The notes beneath the pieces are model-generated. The model made no database searches. It was given only the letters and a program-made list of their open reading frames with translations, and had not been told where the DNA came from. Shown here in pieces: positions 50,620 through 62,201 of a DNA stretch of 64,000 nucleotides. The DNA lies in NCBI RefSeq assembly GCF_000143415.4, contig NW_003314303.1, positions 1,177,322-1,241,321 of the forward strand, given 5' to 3'. The position numbers and the translations under genes were made by a program. This DNA is from Selaginella moellendorffii. Its lineage: Eukaryota > Plantae > Lycopodiophyta. Position 1 is the first letter of the stretch, and each line of letters opens with the position of its first letter.

Positions 50620-51570
50620 TCAGCAGTGTGAGGAAGAGGGTACGTCCGGGATCGTCACTTCATTTAACGGACGATAGTCGATGCAGAAACGAATACTCCC
50701 ATCAGGCTTCGTCACAAGATGAGGTTCACATGCCCAAGGACTCCGTGACTTCCGAATAACACCCTTCTCCAACATCTCCTTGACGTTTGCACGTAAAATC
50801 TTGATCTCCTTGGGTGACCGACGACGAACATGAACCTTGATTGGACGAGCATCCCCGGTTGGAATGGGATGACGTGTGGCAATCTTGGCCCCAGACGATA
50901 GGTCAAATTCAAAGAGATCAGAATACTCCTTCATGAGCTGGTCAACAGCTGCAACACAAAGATCATCGGAGGGATCGGAAAAGGGAAGAGCAGAACAAGA
51001 TGGAAACACAAGAGGAAATAATGGGGGAACAAAAGTAATGGAAGCAGAGGTAGAAGTAGAGGGACGAAGAGGTACAGAAGTGAGAGGAATGGATGAAACA
51101 TAAGGAAGTATGAGACAAGGGGGAAAAGCCTCAAAGTCACACTTGGCATGATTGTGCTGCAACCAATCCATACCAAGAATGAGGTCAAAAGCTTGACTCG
51201 GCACCACCCGCAACGACTGCAACTCAAGCTCGAGATCGCCCACATGCACAACCAGGTCCGCCTCATCTCGTGCACATGCATGTGTACGGCCGTTGCCATA
51301 AAGAATGAAAACTGGATCCGCCGCACGACGCAAGTGTAGACGACAACGTGTGGCAACAGGTCGAGCAATAGAAGATAAACTCGAACCTGTATCAACCAAC
51401 ACGGAGAGAAGAATAGGAGACCTCTTGTTATAAAAACGAGCTTGGAAAGTAAACACTGGATGAACCGGTGCCGAGTGAACCCCTTGATGATACTCCCGAA
51501 AGAAAGATGGAGGGGTCACTAACTTATTCACGCAAGGTCCCTCCATTACTCGCGCGACTCCTCGTTTCCC
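50620..51570 (-). CDS. Protease and RT N-terminus (-1 frame relative to gag)
   Basis: VLVDTGSS, DLILGMDWL, SPWA, RFCIDYRPLN. Frameshift into the remainder of pol near 50640. Confidence 0.88.
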   Translation of the reverse strand, partial: GKRGVARVMEGPCVNKLVTPPSFFREYHQGVHSAPVHPVFTFQARFYNKRSPILLSVLVDTGSSLSSIARPVATRCRLHLRRAADPVFILYGNGRTHACARDEADLVVHVGDLELELQSLRVVPSQAFDLILGMDWLQHNHAKCDFEAFPPCLILPYVSSIPLTSVPLRPSTSTSASITFVPPLFPLVFPSCSALPFSDPSDDLCVAAVDQLMKEYSDLFEFDLSSGAKIATRHPIPTGDARPIKVHVRRRSPKEIKILRANVKEMLEKGVIRKSRSPWACEPHLVTKPDGSIRFCIDYRPLNEVTIPDVPSSSHC

Positions 51571-52478
51571 GAATGCACCTCGGTATCCAAACCTTCCACC
51601 GCAGCAGCACCAACGGGACGTTGCTGACGCCAAGGTCTCCACCCAGGAAATGGAGGTCGCCAATCCGGAAAGCGCCGACAACGCCGATAAGTATGACCAA
51701 CTTCATCACACGCCCAGCAATGAATGTCACGGCCACGACCACGTCCTCGCCCTTGTCCTTGGACTCGAGTAGCAGCAGCATCAACCTCCATGGGAACAGG
51801 ACTATCACTCATAGGAAGTGGAGCTGAAGGACGTGTAGCAAGAAGTGGAAGAGGCGACGTCTCATAACGTTGCGCCAAGCGAAGAGCATCGTCAAGAGTG
51901 GCAGGAGCAAGTGCATGCACAAGTCCGACAAGATCTTGACGAAGTGCTGGCCACAGCATTCCTAGCTTGATCCGCTCCGACATATTTGGCTCCGCACGAA
52001 GCAAAAGACTTCGGAAACGAACGCCAAATTGCATCACCGACTCAGATGGCCCTTGGCGAAGACGATGCAATTGTTGGAAGGCATCATCACAATCGTCGGC
52101 GTGTCTGAAGGCGCGTTTGAAGACGTCCGGAAGAACACTCCAATCGCCACGAGTAGCTGCGCTCAACCCATTGTACCACTGCAATGCCGTCCCTTGAAGA
52201 CATGTGGGGAACTCACGCAAACGTCGAGCATCATCCCAAGAATGATATGTGGCAATCACCGTGAAGTGATCGAACCAATGGTACACATCATCCCCAGGAT
52301 TCCCACGAAAGAACTTCGGCCGAACGCGAGGATTGGCACCAAAAATAGGAGGAGTTGTACCATGTGCCGTGAACGCCGCCATCAACTGAGTTTGGTTGTT
52401 CAATTGCAGGCGCATAGCATCAAGCAATTGAACCAACTACTGCTCTAGAGTCAAAGGAGGAGATTGCGGATCGGCCAT
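51546..52478 (-). CDS. gag: Gag with CCHC zinc knuckle
   Basis: LQGTALQWY, LRQGPSESV, PVPMEVD, CWACDEVGHTYRRC. An in-frame TAG lies 14 codons after the likely ATG. Confidence 0.88.
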
Positions 52479-52711
52479 GAAAATGAATGAGAAAGAAAGA
52501 GCAAAAGAAGAGAAATGACAAAAAGCTGGAAAGAAATGGTAGATCTAGACAATGCAAAAAGCTAGATCTAAACCAAAATCCTGAAAGAAAAGAACAAAAG
52601 AAAGGAAATGGAAAAAGCTAGATCTAGACAATGCAAAAGCTAGATCTAAACCGAAATCCCAAATCCAAGCACTCCCCAGGGACAATCAAAGGTGCCCCTC
52701 ATCTCCACCAA

Positions 52712-52885
52712 TGTGCGTGCATGGAATATGGAAAGGGAATACAGAAATGTGCATATCAATTAACCCAAAAACCCTAGCTTATATACAGGAGCGAGTGGTC
52801 CGGATTGAAACCAATCCGACGGCTACCAAAATCCACTACGCTAATATTAGTATACGGCTACGATGCCGTACACTTGGCCCTCACA
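52712..52885 (-). repeat. 5' LTR
   Basis: Followed on the minus strand by a PBS complementary to the tRNA-Ala 3' end. Confidence 0.95.
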
Positions 52886-53273
52886 ATTTTATATATTTAA
52901 CACATTACAATTAATAAATTTATTTAAATTAAGTAATAAATTTTATTAATTAAATATCACCAAGATCAGTGTAAAAGAGCTAAAAGGACATATAATAGAA
53001 TTAAGAAGAAAAATTGAAAGAATGTAAGCTGATAAAAATAAACATTATTATTATATGATATTATAAAATATAGTTGGAAAGTGTTCATCATTAGTTTTAT
53101 AACAATATAAAATCTTAAACAACCAAAGTACAATAAATAAATTTATTTATTTTTCATAATTTGCATGGTAAAGTTTTAGCTCTTTGTTTGCAACATTACA
53201 TACAAGAGTTTTACATTTATACATTGTCTATGCCTCTGACTTCGACAAGAAAATGACCAGAAAAGCTGTAAAC

Positions 53274-54181
53274 TTAGGAGCACTTTGTGCCACTGCAGCC
53301 AGCTTCTTGCAAATGAACTAGAGAAAAATACGTACCAGACATCGACATTAGTTCCTCATGTGTTCCCTGCTCGACCACAGCTCCACTGTGCATTACCGAG
53401 ATGCAGTCGCAGTTCCTAACCGTAGAGAGCCTGTGAGCGATCACGAGTGTCGTTCTTCCGGCCATTGTCTCCAGCGCATCCTGAACGAGGTGCTCCGACT
53501 CTAGATCCAAAGCACTGGTGGCTTCGTCCAGCAGTAAAATCTGTGGGCTCTTCAAGACCGCTCGAGCTATTGCAATTCGCTGCTTCTGACCGCCAGAGAG
53601 ACGGATTCCCTTCCGGCCAGAATGCGTCTTATACCCCTCCGGCAGTGCACTGCAACCAAAGCAATCTTAGTGACTCACAAACAAGAAAGGAAAAAGCTTC
53701 TGCCAACCTGATGAAATTGTGTGCATTAGAAATGCGACTGGCTTGGATTACTTCCGCTTCGGTGCATTCGCTTTCACGTCCATAAGCGATGTTTCATGTA
53801 TGGTTGCCGAAAACAAGCATGGCTCCTGGCTCACAAGACCGATCTGTCTCCTCAGCGAGTAAAGGTCAAGCTTTTTGATGTCCTTCCCATCGATTTTCAC
53901 CACGCCGCTTAGAGGGTCGTAGAACCTCTCGATGAGCGCGACGACCGTGGATTTCCCCGAGCCACTGTGACCAACCAGTGCCATAGAAGTACCACCTGGA
54001 ACGTGTAGATTCAAGCCTCTCAGAACTACAACGTCCGGCCTTGTTGGATAAGCGAAGAACACGTTGCATGCGTCGATCTCTCCCGTAACTTTCCCCGGAG
54101 GAGTAGCTTCTGGATCGTTCGCATTTATCTTTCCCTTCTGACAGAGGATCCCAAATACCGAATCAATGCTGGCAGCACCTT
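53274..54181 (-). pseudogene. ABCB/P-glycoprotein C-terminal (NBD2) fragment
   Basis: [53 protein letters not shown]. Frameshift near 53792; 5' end replaced by the duplicated arm. Confidence 0.88.
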
Positions 54182-55244
54182 TGGAGTTGCGTTTGTCAAG
54201 GCGCATGCAATTGATGGCCATGAGGTATTGCAAGCACTACAGCATGACATTGCAAGACTTGGTGTTGCGCCTCGTAGATTCCACAGATTTCGGTTGCGTC
54301 CACAACGATGAAGTGGCTTTGACGTGGCTTGATTATGTGGTTGTCGAGGACACGCGACCGATGACGTGGAGGAAGTCGAAGACCTCCACGAGGCCGTAAG
54401 AGCAGTGATTATATCATAGCAAAGAGCCGAGCTGGAGCACAAAGACGAGGATTATGGATCAAAGGTCACCAGGCTCATACAGGATCATCAAGAGAGCCTA
54501 TACTTGGTCATGAAGACTGCCTGAACATCTTTCAACGCAGTGGGTATCTGCACTGGAAGCAGAAATTCTTTTGGCAGCCGGTGATACAGACATATTAAGC
54601 ACAGCGAAACTGAGGGACAAACTTGCCAAGTACAGCAGATGGGACATGAGACTTGGCAACCAACGAGAGCAAGTTTTCCAGAGCTTGTTCCTCACACCGG
54701 TCTTGTTGGATGGTGCTCCAAGGGAAGTGGAAGCAGGACTTTCATCGCACCAGCTGCTTTCTCCCGGAGCCTCTACAAGTCGAGTGCAATTCAAAGAGTT
54801 GTTCAACTTAAAAGCCGATGTGATAAAATATGATTTACTGATTAAATATAATGTGTTTTAACCTAACAAACTACTTTAAGGCCCTTAAGGCTAAGCCATG
54901 GTTTATCTCACAAATCAGATGGGATTGTGGCTGCTTCAAATCGAAGGAATCCTTTACTGAAGCCCAGGAAAGGTGGTCTGGCAATCATGTATCACTACCC
55001 TACCATGGTAGCTGTAGAGTGGGAAAGGTGGTGGAACTTACAAAGTTCTTGGGGTCGAAAAACTCTGAGTGCTTGATGGCAGCGTGTTTGATTTCTCTCC
55101 AGGGACGAATCCTCAGTCGACTTTGATTAGCAGTCTTAAATTTCATTACGATTTACTTGATTATACTTACTTAATATGCATCAACACAGTTTGCTTATTT
55201 GATTTATTCTGATTTGAAGTCTGCTCTTCAATTAGCAGTTAGTA

Positions 55245-56229
55245 TATGGCGCCAAGCGCAAGGATCTAGCGCGGGGCAAGAGGATCCACACGGCGGCGGT
55301 GGAATGCGGCCTCGATTCTGACCTGTTCGTGGGATCTAGCCTGGTGAGCATGTACTCCAGGTGTGGCAGTGTCGCTAGATCGCGAAAGTATGGAAACATC
55401 GCCGACGCACAAAGAGTTTTCGACTCCATGCAAGATCACAACGTCATCTCGTGGACGTCCATGATCTTTGGCTGCGTCGACAACAGCCAAGACGAGCTCG
55501 CTCTCGAGCTCTTCCGGCGCATGATGGAAGAGAAGCGGTGTCCTCTCGATGCCTGGACTTTCGTGGCGGCTCTCAAGGCGTGCGGGGGAAACTGGCCAAG
55601 AGATCCACGAGCAAATCCGGGACGCTGGACTGGAAAGAGAGGCCTCCATCGCCGCGACGCTGGTCGATTTCTATGGAAGGTGTGGAAGCATGGATGAAGC
55701 TCTCGAGGCATTCCAGCTAAGCTCGCAGGAGGATATGGTGGCCTGGACGGCCTTGGTCGCAGGATATAGCAGGCAGGGAGACACTCCACGAGTTCTCGAG
55801 CTCTTCCAGGCGCTGCTAGACAAAGGCCTTCGTCCAGACGTGATGATCTCGGCTTGCAGCCACGCCGGCTTGGTCGATCTTGGCAAGCGTTATTTCGACG
55901 AGATGAGCTCAAAGTTTGGGCTGGCTCCCGGGATCCATCACTACCACTGTGTGGTGGATCTTCTCAACAGAAGTAACAGGCTCGAGGAAGCGGTGGCTAT
56001 GGTGGCGAGGATGCCATTTGAGCCGACGCTGGTAACTTGGACGACAGTGCTCGCGGGGTGTCACAAATGGAAGAACTCGATGGTGGGGAGATTGGCGTTT
56101 CAGCGTTTGATTGCTCTGGACAGGAGATTAGACTCGGCCTACGCTCTTATGGCGAACATCTATGGAAGTCTCGGGCTGTGGAAGGAGAGGCAAGAGATCC
56201 AAGCGATGAGAAGTATGAACGTTTTGTAG
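55245..56229 (+). pseudogene. 5'-truncated, frameshifted PLS-E PPR
   Basis: Copy of 37659-38650. Deletion and frameshift near 55590. Confidence 0.8.
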
Positions 56230-56476
56230 ATAGTTGTAATTGCAAAGAATCGCGTGAAAGTAGTGTTGTTTCAGCTATATTACTAGGAGGATTTGCGAAA
56301 ACTCCCAAGAATTAAGCAAAGTTCTTGTCAGTCAATGATGGTAAAACTTTCTAGTCAGCAAGTCAACTTAGGGTGCTGTGCGATCTCGCCAAGCACAGAC
56401 AAGAGAATGCCGGCGTGGCGTGGCTGATTGGAGTCCCGGACGATCGCTTCCTCGATCCGCTGCCTGCGCTACAAGG

Positions 56477-57686
56477 ATGGCGATCCAGATTACGCCGCTG
56501 AGGAAGGTAGGGCTCCAGGCACAGAGATTTCGTGATCCGATATTCCAGGTGAATTGCGGATCGGGGCTGGAAGTGATTGGAGCATTGCTGGTTGGATCGG
56601 ATGCTGCAATGGCGTGTGCTGTGGCCAGGAAAAGCCTCTGGTCTCATCGAACGATGCTGCTACTCGATCCAGCTCCAGCGATGGCATTACGTTCTTCTCT
56701 CAGGCCCTACAACCGATCGAGCAATCTTCCTTTTCCGCGAAAGAGTTTTGGGAATCCACAGCGCTTCTTCATTGTCAAGTCGAGCTTGGCCTTTCGCTCT
56801 ACACATCTTCTGGAACTTCCTCAGGTACTTTTTTTCTCTTATACATTTCTAACTGTGTGACATTAGATCTTAAGAAGCAGCTGGATGGGAAAATTAGAGA
56901 CCTTCCCCAGAGTTTCACGAGCTCAAGCACTGTATGTATTATGGAAGGATCGTCGAGAAGATTTCTCGTTCGCTCTCAATCTAACGAAGAGCTACAATCT
57001 GTGTTCCCAGATTCAGCTCTTTTCGACTCTTTGGTAAGCTCTCAAACACAAGTTTGTAAGAACTCTGATGAGTTTGCTTTCCAGATAGCACATCCCCTGG
57101 TTGGCAAGCTTTTGACGCAGCAAAGCAAGCAGACTGATCTCATTACACTCCTTGTAAGTGGTGCCGGTTTGTTTATCCGCTTCTCATTCTCCTTACATAG
57201 CTGCAGACGGAACCTTGCTACACACAGCCACGGTTTCCCTGGACGTGCTATGCTTAGTTTCCAGGAACTCCGCCTTGCACAAAGCGATGAACACAATCAC
57301 TCGTGCTCTGACGATTCAACTGGAAATCCATTGGTAAAGCTTTGTCGGCAAGGAATACCAGTCTTCAGGTATGACTCGTGAGTAGAGTAGAGAGCCATGC
57401 TTACTTACACGGACGACGTAGTTGCGCCCATATCATTTCAAAGTTCCCGCTAGCGTGCATCCTGTAACAGCCATCTTCGATAAGAACCAGCTTGAACGCG
57501 ACTCTGGTGAACTTTTATTACTTGCTTGACTCACTGTCAAAGTGTGTGTTGTTATTGTAGTTGACCTCCGGAGAGCATTGCATTCTCGGCTCGGCTTGCC
57601 ACTAGATCGTCCACTTTTTCGCGTTGCCAATGCATTAACTATCAGAGGGCCACAGTTCATCTCCAACCGGTTTGGCTGTTTGCGAG
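56477..57686 (+). pseudogene. UFSP: Ufm1-specific protease 5' part
   Basis: ATG 56477. Ends ...RPLFRVANAL...FGCLR at the mosaic junction. Confidence 0.75.
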
Positions 57687-58170
57687 GTTCTTGCTCCTGC
57701 AACTCGCCAATGGCTCCGCCATCGCCTATGACATGCGCGAGATCGCCCCAGCCGCGGCATCCAAGGTACTTGGAATTTTTTTCTTTCTTTCATTACATTA
57801 CATTCCATCCACGGAGAACTCCTCTCTTTTTTTCCAGGACATGTACGCAAAGAAGCCATCCTCTAAAGTCGATGGTGCTTCGTCCGCTGGAGTTCCTGGC
57901 GAGCTCGCTGGACTCCACCTCGCGTGGCAACACTTTGGAAGGCTGCCCTGGAAATCGCTCTTGGAGCCGGCCATCAAGCTAGCCCGGGATGGATTCGTGG
58001 TAACACCTTACCTGGAATTTGAAATTGCTCAGAGTCTCAAGGGGATTCTAGCTCACAGAACGCTTCGAAAGTTCCTCTCGCCGAATGGGAAGCTGGCGAA
58101 AGCTGGTGATGTTCTTCGCAACGAGGAGCTGGCCAGGACGCTGGAGCTGATTACCAACGAAGGGCCGGGT
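57687..58170 (+). pseudogene. Gamma-glutamyl transpeptidase fragment
   Basis: Copy of 35562-36045. Confidence 0.85.
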
Positions 58171-58389
58171 GGGCCGAAGGGCCGGCTGTTCTTGGAATGC
58201 CTCCTCCATCTTGGGGAGGTGGCACTGGTATCTTTTCTTTTCTTGCTTGTTTTCTCTTTTACTGACTAGAAATACATTTTTTTAATTTTTAAAGCATTTT
58301 TCCTCAGAATAACGCAGAAATATATTTGCCTTTACTACGGAATCCTTTTGTTAGGGTATATTGTTAGGAGAGGACAGAGAGCAGCGAGA

Positions 58390-59487
58390 ATGGGGAGTGA
58401 TATAGAGAACTTTTATACTCTGGAGGAAGAGCTCGGTCGTGGTGGCTAAGCAATCGTATACAAGATGAAGCGCAAGGTAGATGGCAAGTTTTTCGCATGT
58501 AAAACAATCCGAGTGAGTGATTATACAATTGAGGACTCGATCACCGATGACATGCTCCCAGATGGAGGCTTACGAGAAGAAGCCGAGGCAGAGATTGAGG
58601 CACTGGTGCATCTCTCAAAGATGCATAGTCCGAGTGGTGGAGCAATGGTACCTGAGCTTGTGGAGGTTTTTAGGGATGAGGATTACTATCATCTCGTCAT
58701 GGAGCTATGTCAGTGTTCACTAAGAGATGTACTACTTAGAAAAAAGAGGCTTAGTGAGCACGAAGCTGCAATTGTGATAAAGCAAGTGGCCAAGGCAGTC
58801 CACAAGATGCACAGGAGGGGTGTCACTCACAGGGACATTAAGCCTGGGAACATCCTTCTTGGGTTTGGGGAAAGCTTATTTGGGAATGTAAAGTTGGCAG
58901 ACTTTGGAACATCGTCAAGGTTTTCAAAGAAGGGGTCACCACCAGGTATGATCATGAGGGGGATGGTTGGGACAGAGAGGTACAGAGCTCCTGAGATGTC
59001 ATCTCCTGGCCGTGTTTATGACGAGAGGGTTGATGTGTGGAGTGTGGGGATTGTTCTTTATGAGATGTTGTTTGGAAAGTGTGCATTTCCAAGGTTGGCA
59101 TCGCAGGAAATTGAGAAGAGATTAGGATGTTTGGAGGATTTGCCAATGAACTCTCTCGATTGGATAGGCATAAGCGACAAAGCTAAAAAACTCATTCTGC
59201 ACTTGCTCAACATTGACCCTGAGAAGAGGCTGTCCTTGCGGAAAGTGAAGAAACATCCTTGGGTGGTGAGGAATTTGTCGAGTCCACAACACAAATTGAC
59301 GATGGAAGAGCTCGAGGATCAAACAAAGGCAGGGAAAATGAGTTTGAAATTGGTTTTCCAGCAGTCAAAGCCCGGAAAATGGTGTGTGAAAAGAAAGCGG
59401 GAAGAAGAACACTTGAAAACTATAATGATCGAGCCGAAGAAGATTCGACTGCGATGTGTAAATGGAGCATGGCAAACTGTCCACTAA
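58390..59487 (+). pseudogene. Ser/Thr kinase copy with a nonsense codon in the Gly loop
   Basis: GGT GGC TAA at 58441-58449, versus GGT GGC CAA in the left arm. Confidence 0.85.
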
Positions 59488-59829
59488 AACATCACTCACA
59501 CATAATTTTGTAACCAAACTGTACAAACATATAATTTGGACAGAGAATAAAGAAGTAGGGCTTTCATCAAAGATGAAACTTCTTTGTGTTGTATAATCAG
59601 ATAAATAGCCAGAATACATTGATGTATCACTAATCTCTTTTGTGACTGCTACTGCCATGAGCAAAGTAGTTTTATTTAATCAGCATAAGTAAACAAAAAA
59701 AAGGGGGAAAAACGAAGGCTTTGAAACGGTTCTTCATCAACTGACATTCCAACTGAAGCGCACCACCACCACCAAAATCTCCAAAGTCACCCCCAAAATC
59801 TCTCCTCCCACCACCAAAATCTCTCCTAA

Positions 59830-60232
59830 TCACCACCAAACTCAAACTCAAAATCACCACCACAGCCACCACCAGCAGTCGAGCACCACCTCCGCCTGCA
59901 CAGCTTGCCGAAACCTCCAGTGGCGCTGCACGCCCGAGTGCCTGTTCGCGCCATACTTCCTGCCGGACCAGCCTGAGCGCTTTGCCAACGTTCACAACGT
60001 CTTTGGCGTCTCCAACGTGAGGAAGATGCTCAACGAGCTCCTCGTCTACTTCCATGAGGATTGCATCGACACTTTGGCGTACGAGGTGGACATGCGAGTG
60101 GAAGATCCAATCTATGGCTGCGTCAGTGTCATCTCCGTGCTCCAGAAAAGGGCGGCAAGAACACAAAACCATAAGTACCTTGCATTGGCGACTCCATGCT
60201 CGAGCTCAATGTTGTCTCCTGGAACGCGATGA
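59830..60232 (+). pseudogene. LOB-domain fragment
   Basis: Copy of 33500-33900. Confidence 0.85.
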
Positions 60233-60929
60233 TATCGGCTTATGCAAAGCTTTCGTACCTGGAAGACGCCAACGATAAAATGGCCAGACCAAATAAAACA
60301 TGTTACTAATTTGGAACGACCAAGAACACTAAAAAATTCTCTAGAGAAACGAACAAGCATTCAGCTCTGATTCAAGCTATCTAAAGTATCACTGGAGCTC
60401 TCAAAGCCAGGGAAATTTCTCAAGAATCGAACTGCAGACCCTGTATGTCCCGTGATTCGAACTTGAGACCTTATAAGTCCCGGGATTCGAACTTGAAAGG
60501 CCCTATTTGAGAAAATTTTGTACCTTGCATGTGACGAGCAATGGACGAGGCGCTCCTTGGCGAGCGAGGAATCCAAGCTCGCGCGAGCCGATCACTCATG
60601 GATTCCAAGCGACCGAGGATTTTCACTGTTCTTGGCGTGCTTCCTCGCTGGTAAGAATCGTGCTCCCGAAATATCTGTCTGGAATGTGGTCGCAGCTGTT
60701 TCTACCATCGCGATCGTGGTTCTTGGAGTCAAGATCATCGATGCGAGGGAGTCTCTGGCGCCATCGCCAATACGATCGCTAGCGAGCGCCGCTGGCGAGG
60801 CGGACAAAGGCGTCGTGCTGCTCGATCGTCGGAAGGGATGCGCTTGCGCGGGGCAGCCATGCGATGATCTGGCTTTAAATCTTCGTTTGTAAGCACTTGG
60901 ATCAAATTTTTCCAGGAAAGCGACGTTTG

Positions 60930-61831
60930 GATGTTCATCTCGGTCTTGTGAGTTCTTCATTTGTATTATGTTCTTTGTTAGCTCACATCGGTTATTCATA
61001 GTTTCTGGTGGAGAAGTGAGTGTCATTGACCGCTCGTACGAGTACTGTCACTACCTTCAGGATCGAATGGACGACAAAGTAAAAAAAACAATTTTTCTGC
61101 TTTCCTTTTTTTTGCAACTCCCGGGACTTTGGATTGCTTGCTTTCCAGGGCTGGGGTTGCGCATATCGATCCTTGCAGACTATAATGTCGTGGTTTAGGC
61201 TGCAGCATTACACTTTTATGAAAGAACCTTCTCACAGGTGGAATCATCAATGGTCAGCAACTAATGCTTTCTTTGCTTTCACGTGTAGAAATAGGAGACA
61301 AGGAGCCTTCTTTTGTTGGATCTCAAGAATGGGTTCGAGCGATCGAGTTAAGCTTTGTACTAGACAAACTTCTCGGGGTACGTGTTCACTACTCGAAAGC
61401 ATAACTTCTTTTTTGTTGTTTTCTTGATCTCTCAATGACTTGTTTGTTTCTGTGCAGGTGACTTCGAAGATACTAAGCGTGAGCAGATTTACCGGAAAAA
61501 TGCCGGGAGCTTGCGGCACATTTTGGCACGCAAGGCACTCCAGTTATGATCAGTACACTTCAAGCATAGAATATGATCTTTTCTCTTTATAACCAAGGAA
61601 GTTAAACACAGGGGGTGGAGTCCTGGCATATACATTACTTGGCGTGGATTACAACAAACTTACTGGCGAGAGCGCTTTTCTTATTCTGGATCCTTACTAC
61701 ACGGGCGGAGAGGACCTCAAGAGCATCCGGAGTGGAGGCTGGTGTAGGCCGTGAGCGACACCAGCCGCGAGTTTTTCTTGCGTTACAAGTTTTACAACCT
61801 GCTGCTTCCACAGCGTCCTCAAGCTGTCTAA
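60930..61831 (+). pseudogene. UFSP: Ufm1-specific protease 3' part
   Basis: [26 protein letters not shown], ending YNLLLPQRPQAV*. Confidence 0.85.
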
Positions 61832-62201
61832 AGTTTAAGAAAAAGGTAAGTGCCAGTACGCTCTGGTATTTATAATTCTCATGCATGAGATCTTCGCGCA
61901 GGAAATCCGAGTGATCTGAGCCTGAACGCATCAAACACACAAGCATTAAATCTTTTTTGTTATCTGTTGCCGAAGTGAATGGTGGACATCGGAGTTACAA
62001 GTACGTGGATCAGCACTTGCTTAAGGTACTCTATATTTTTCTTTCTACGCATTGCACACATGATGTTGAGTGATAGGCGATCCAGGCAGCGAGTGAAGCG
62101 CAGCCCGCGCACAATCATGATCTGATAGCGAAAGTTTTTTAAAAGTTAGGGTTTATAGCGTAAATGGCGCCATTTTGGCTTAGGGTTTGCAAGAGAGGGC
62201 G

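Larger units (their letters stand above)
47878..52885 (-). mobile_element. Full-length Ty3/gypsy LTR retrotransposon, non-chromovirus
   Basis: 174-bp LTRs with TG...CA ends, ATTT on both flanks, PBS TGGTGGAGATG, PPT GAGAGGAGGGG. Domain order gag-PR-RT-RH-IN. Confidence 0.97.
54182..62116 (+). repeat. Right arm of the inverted segmental duplication
   Basis: Reverse complement of 31880-39713, with private indels. Confidence 0.95.
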
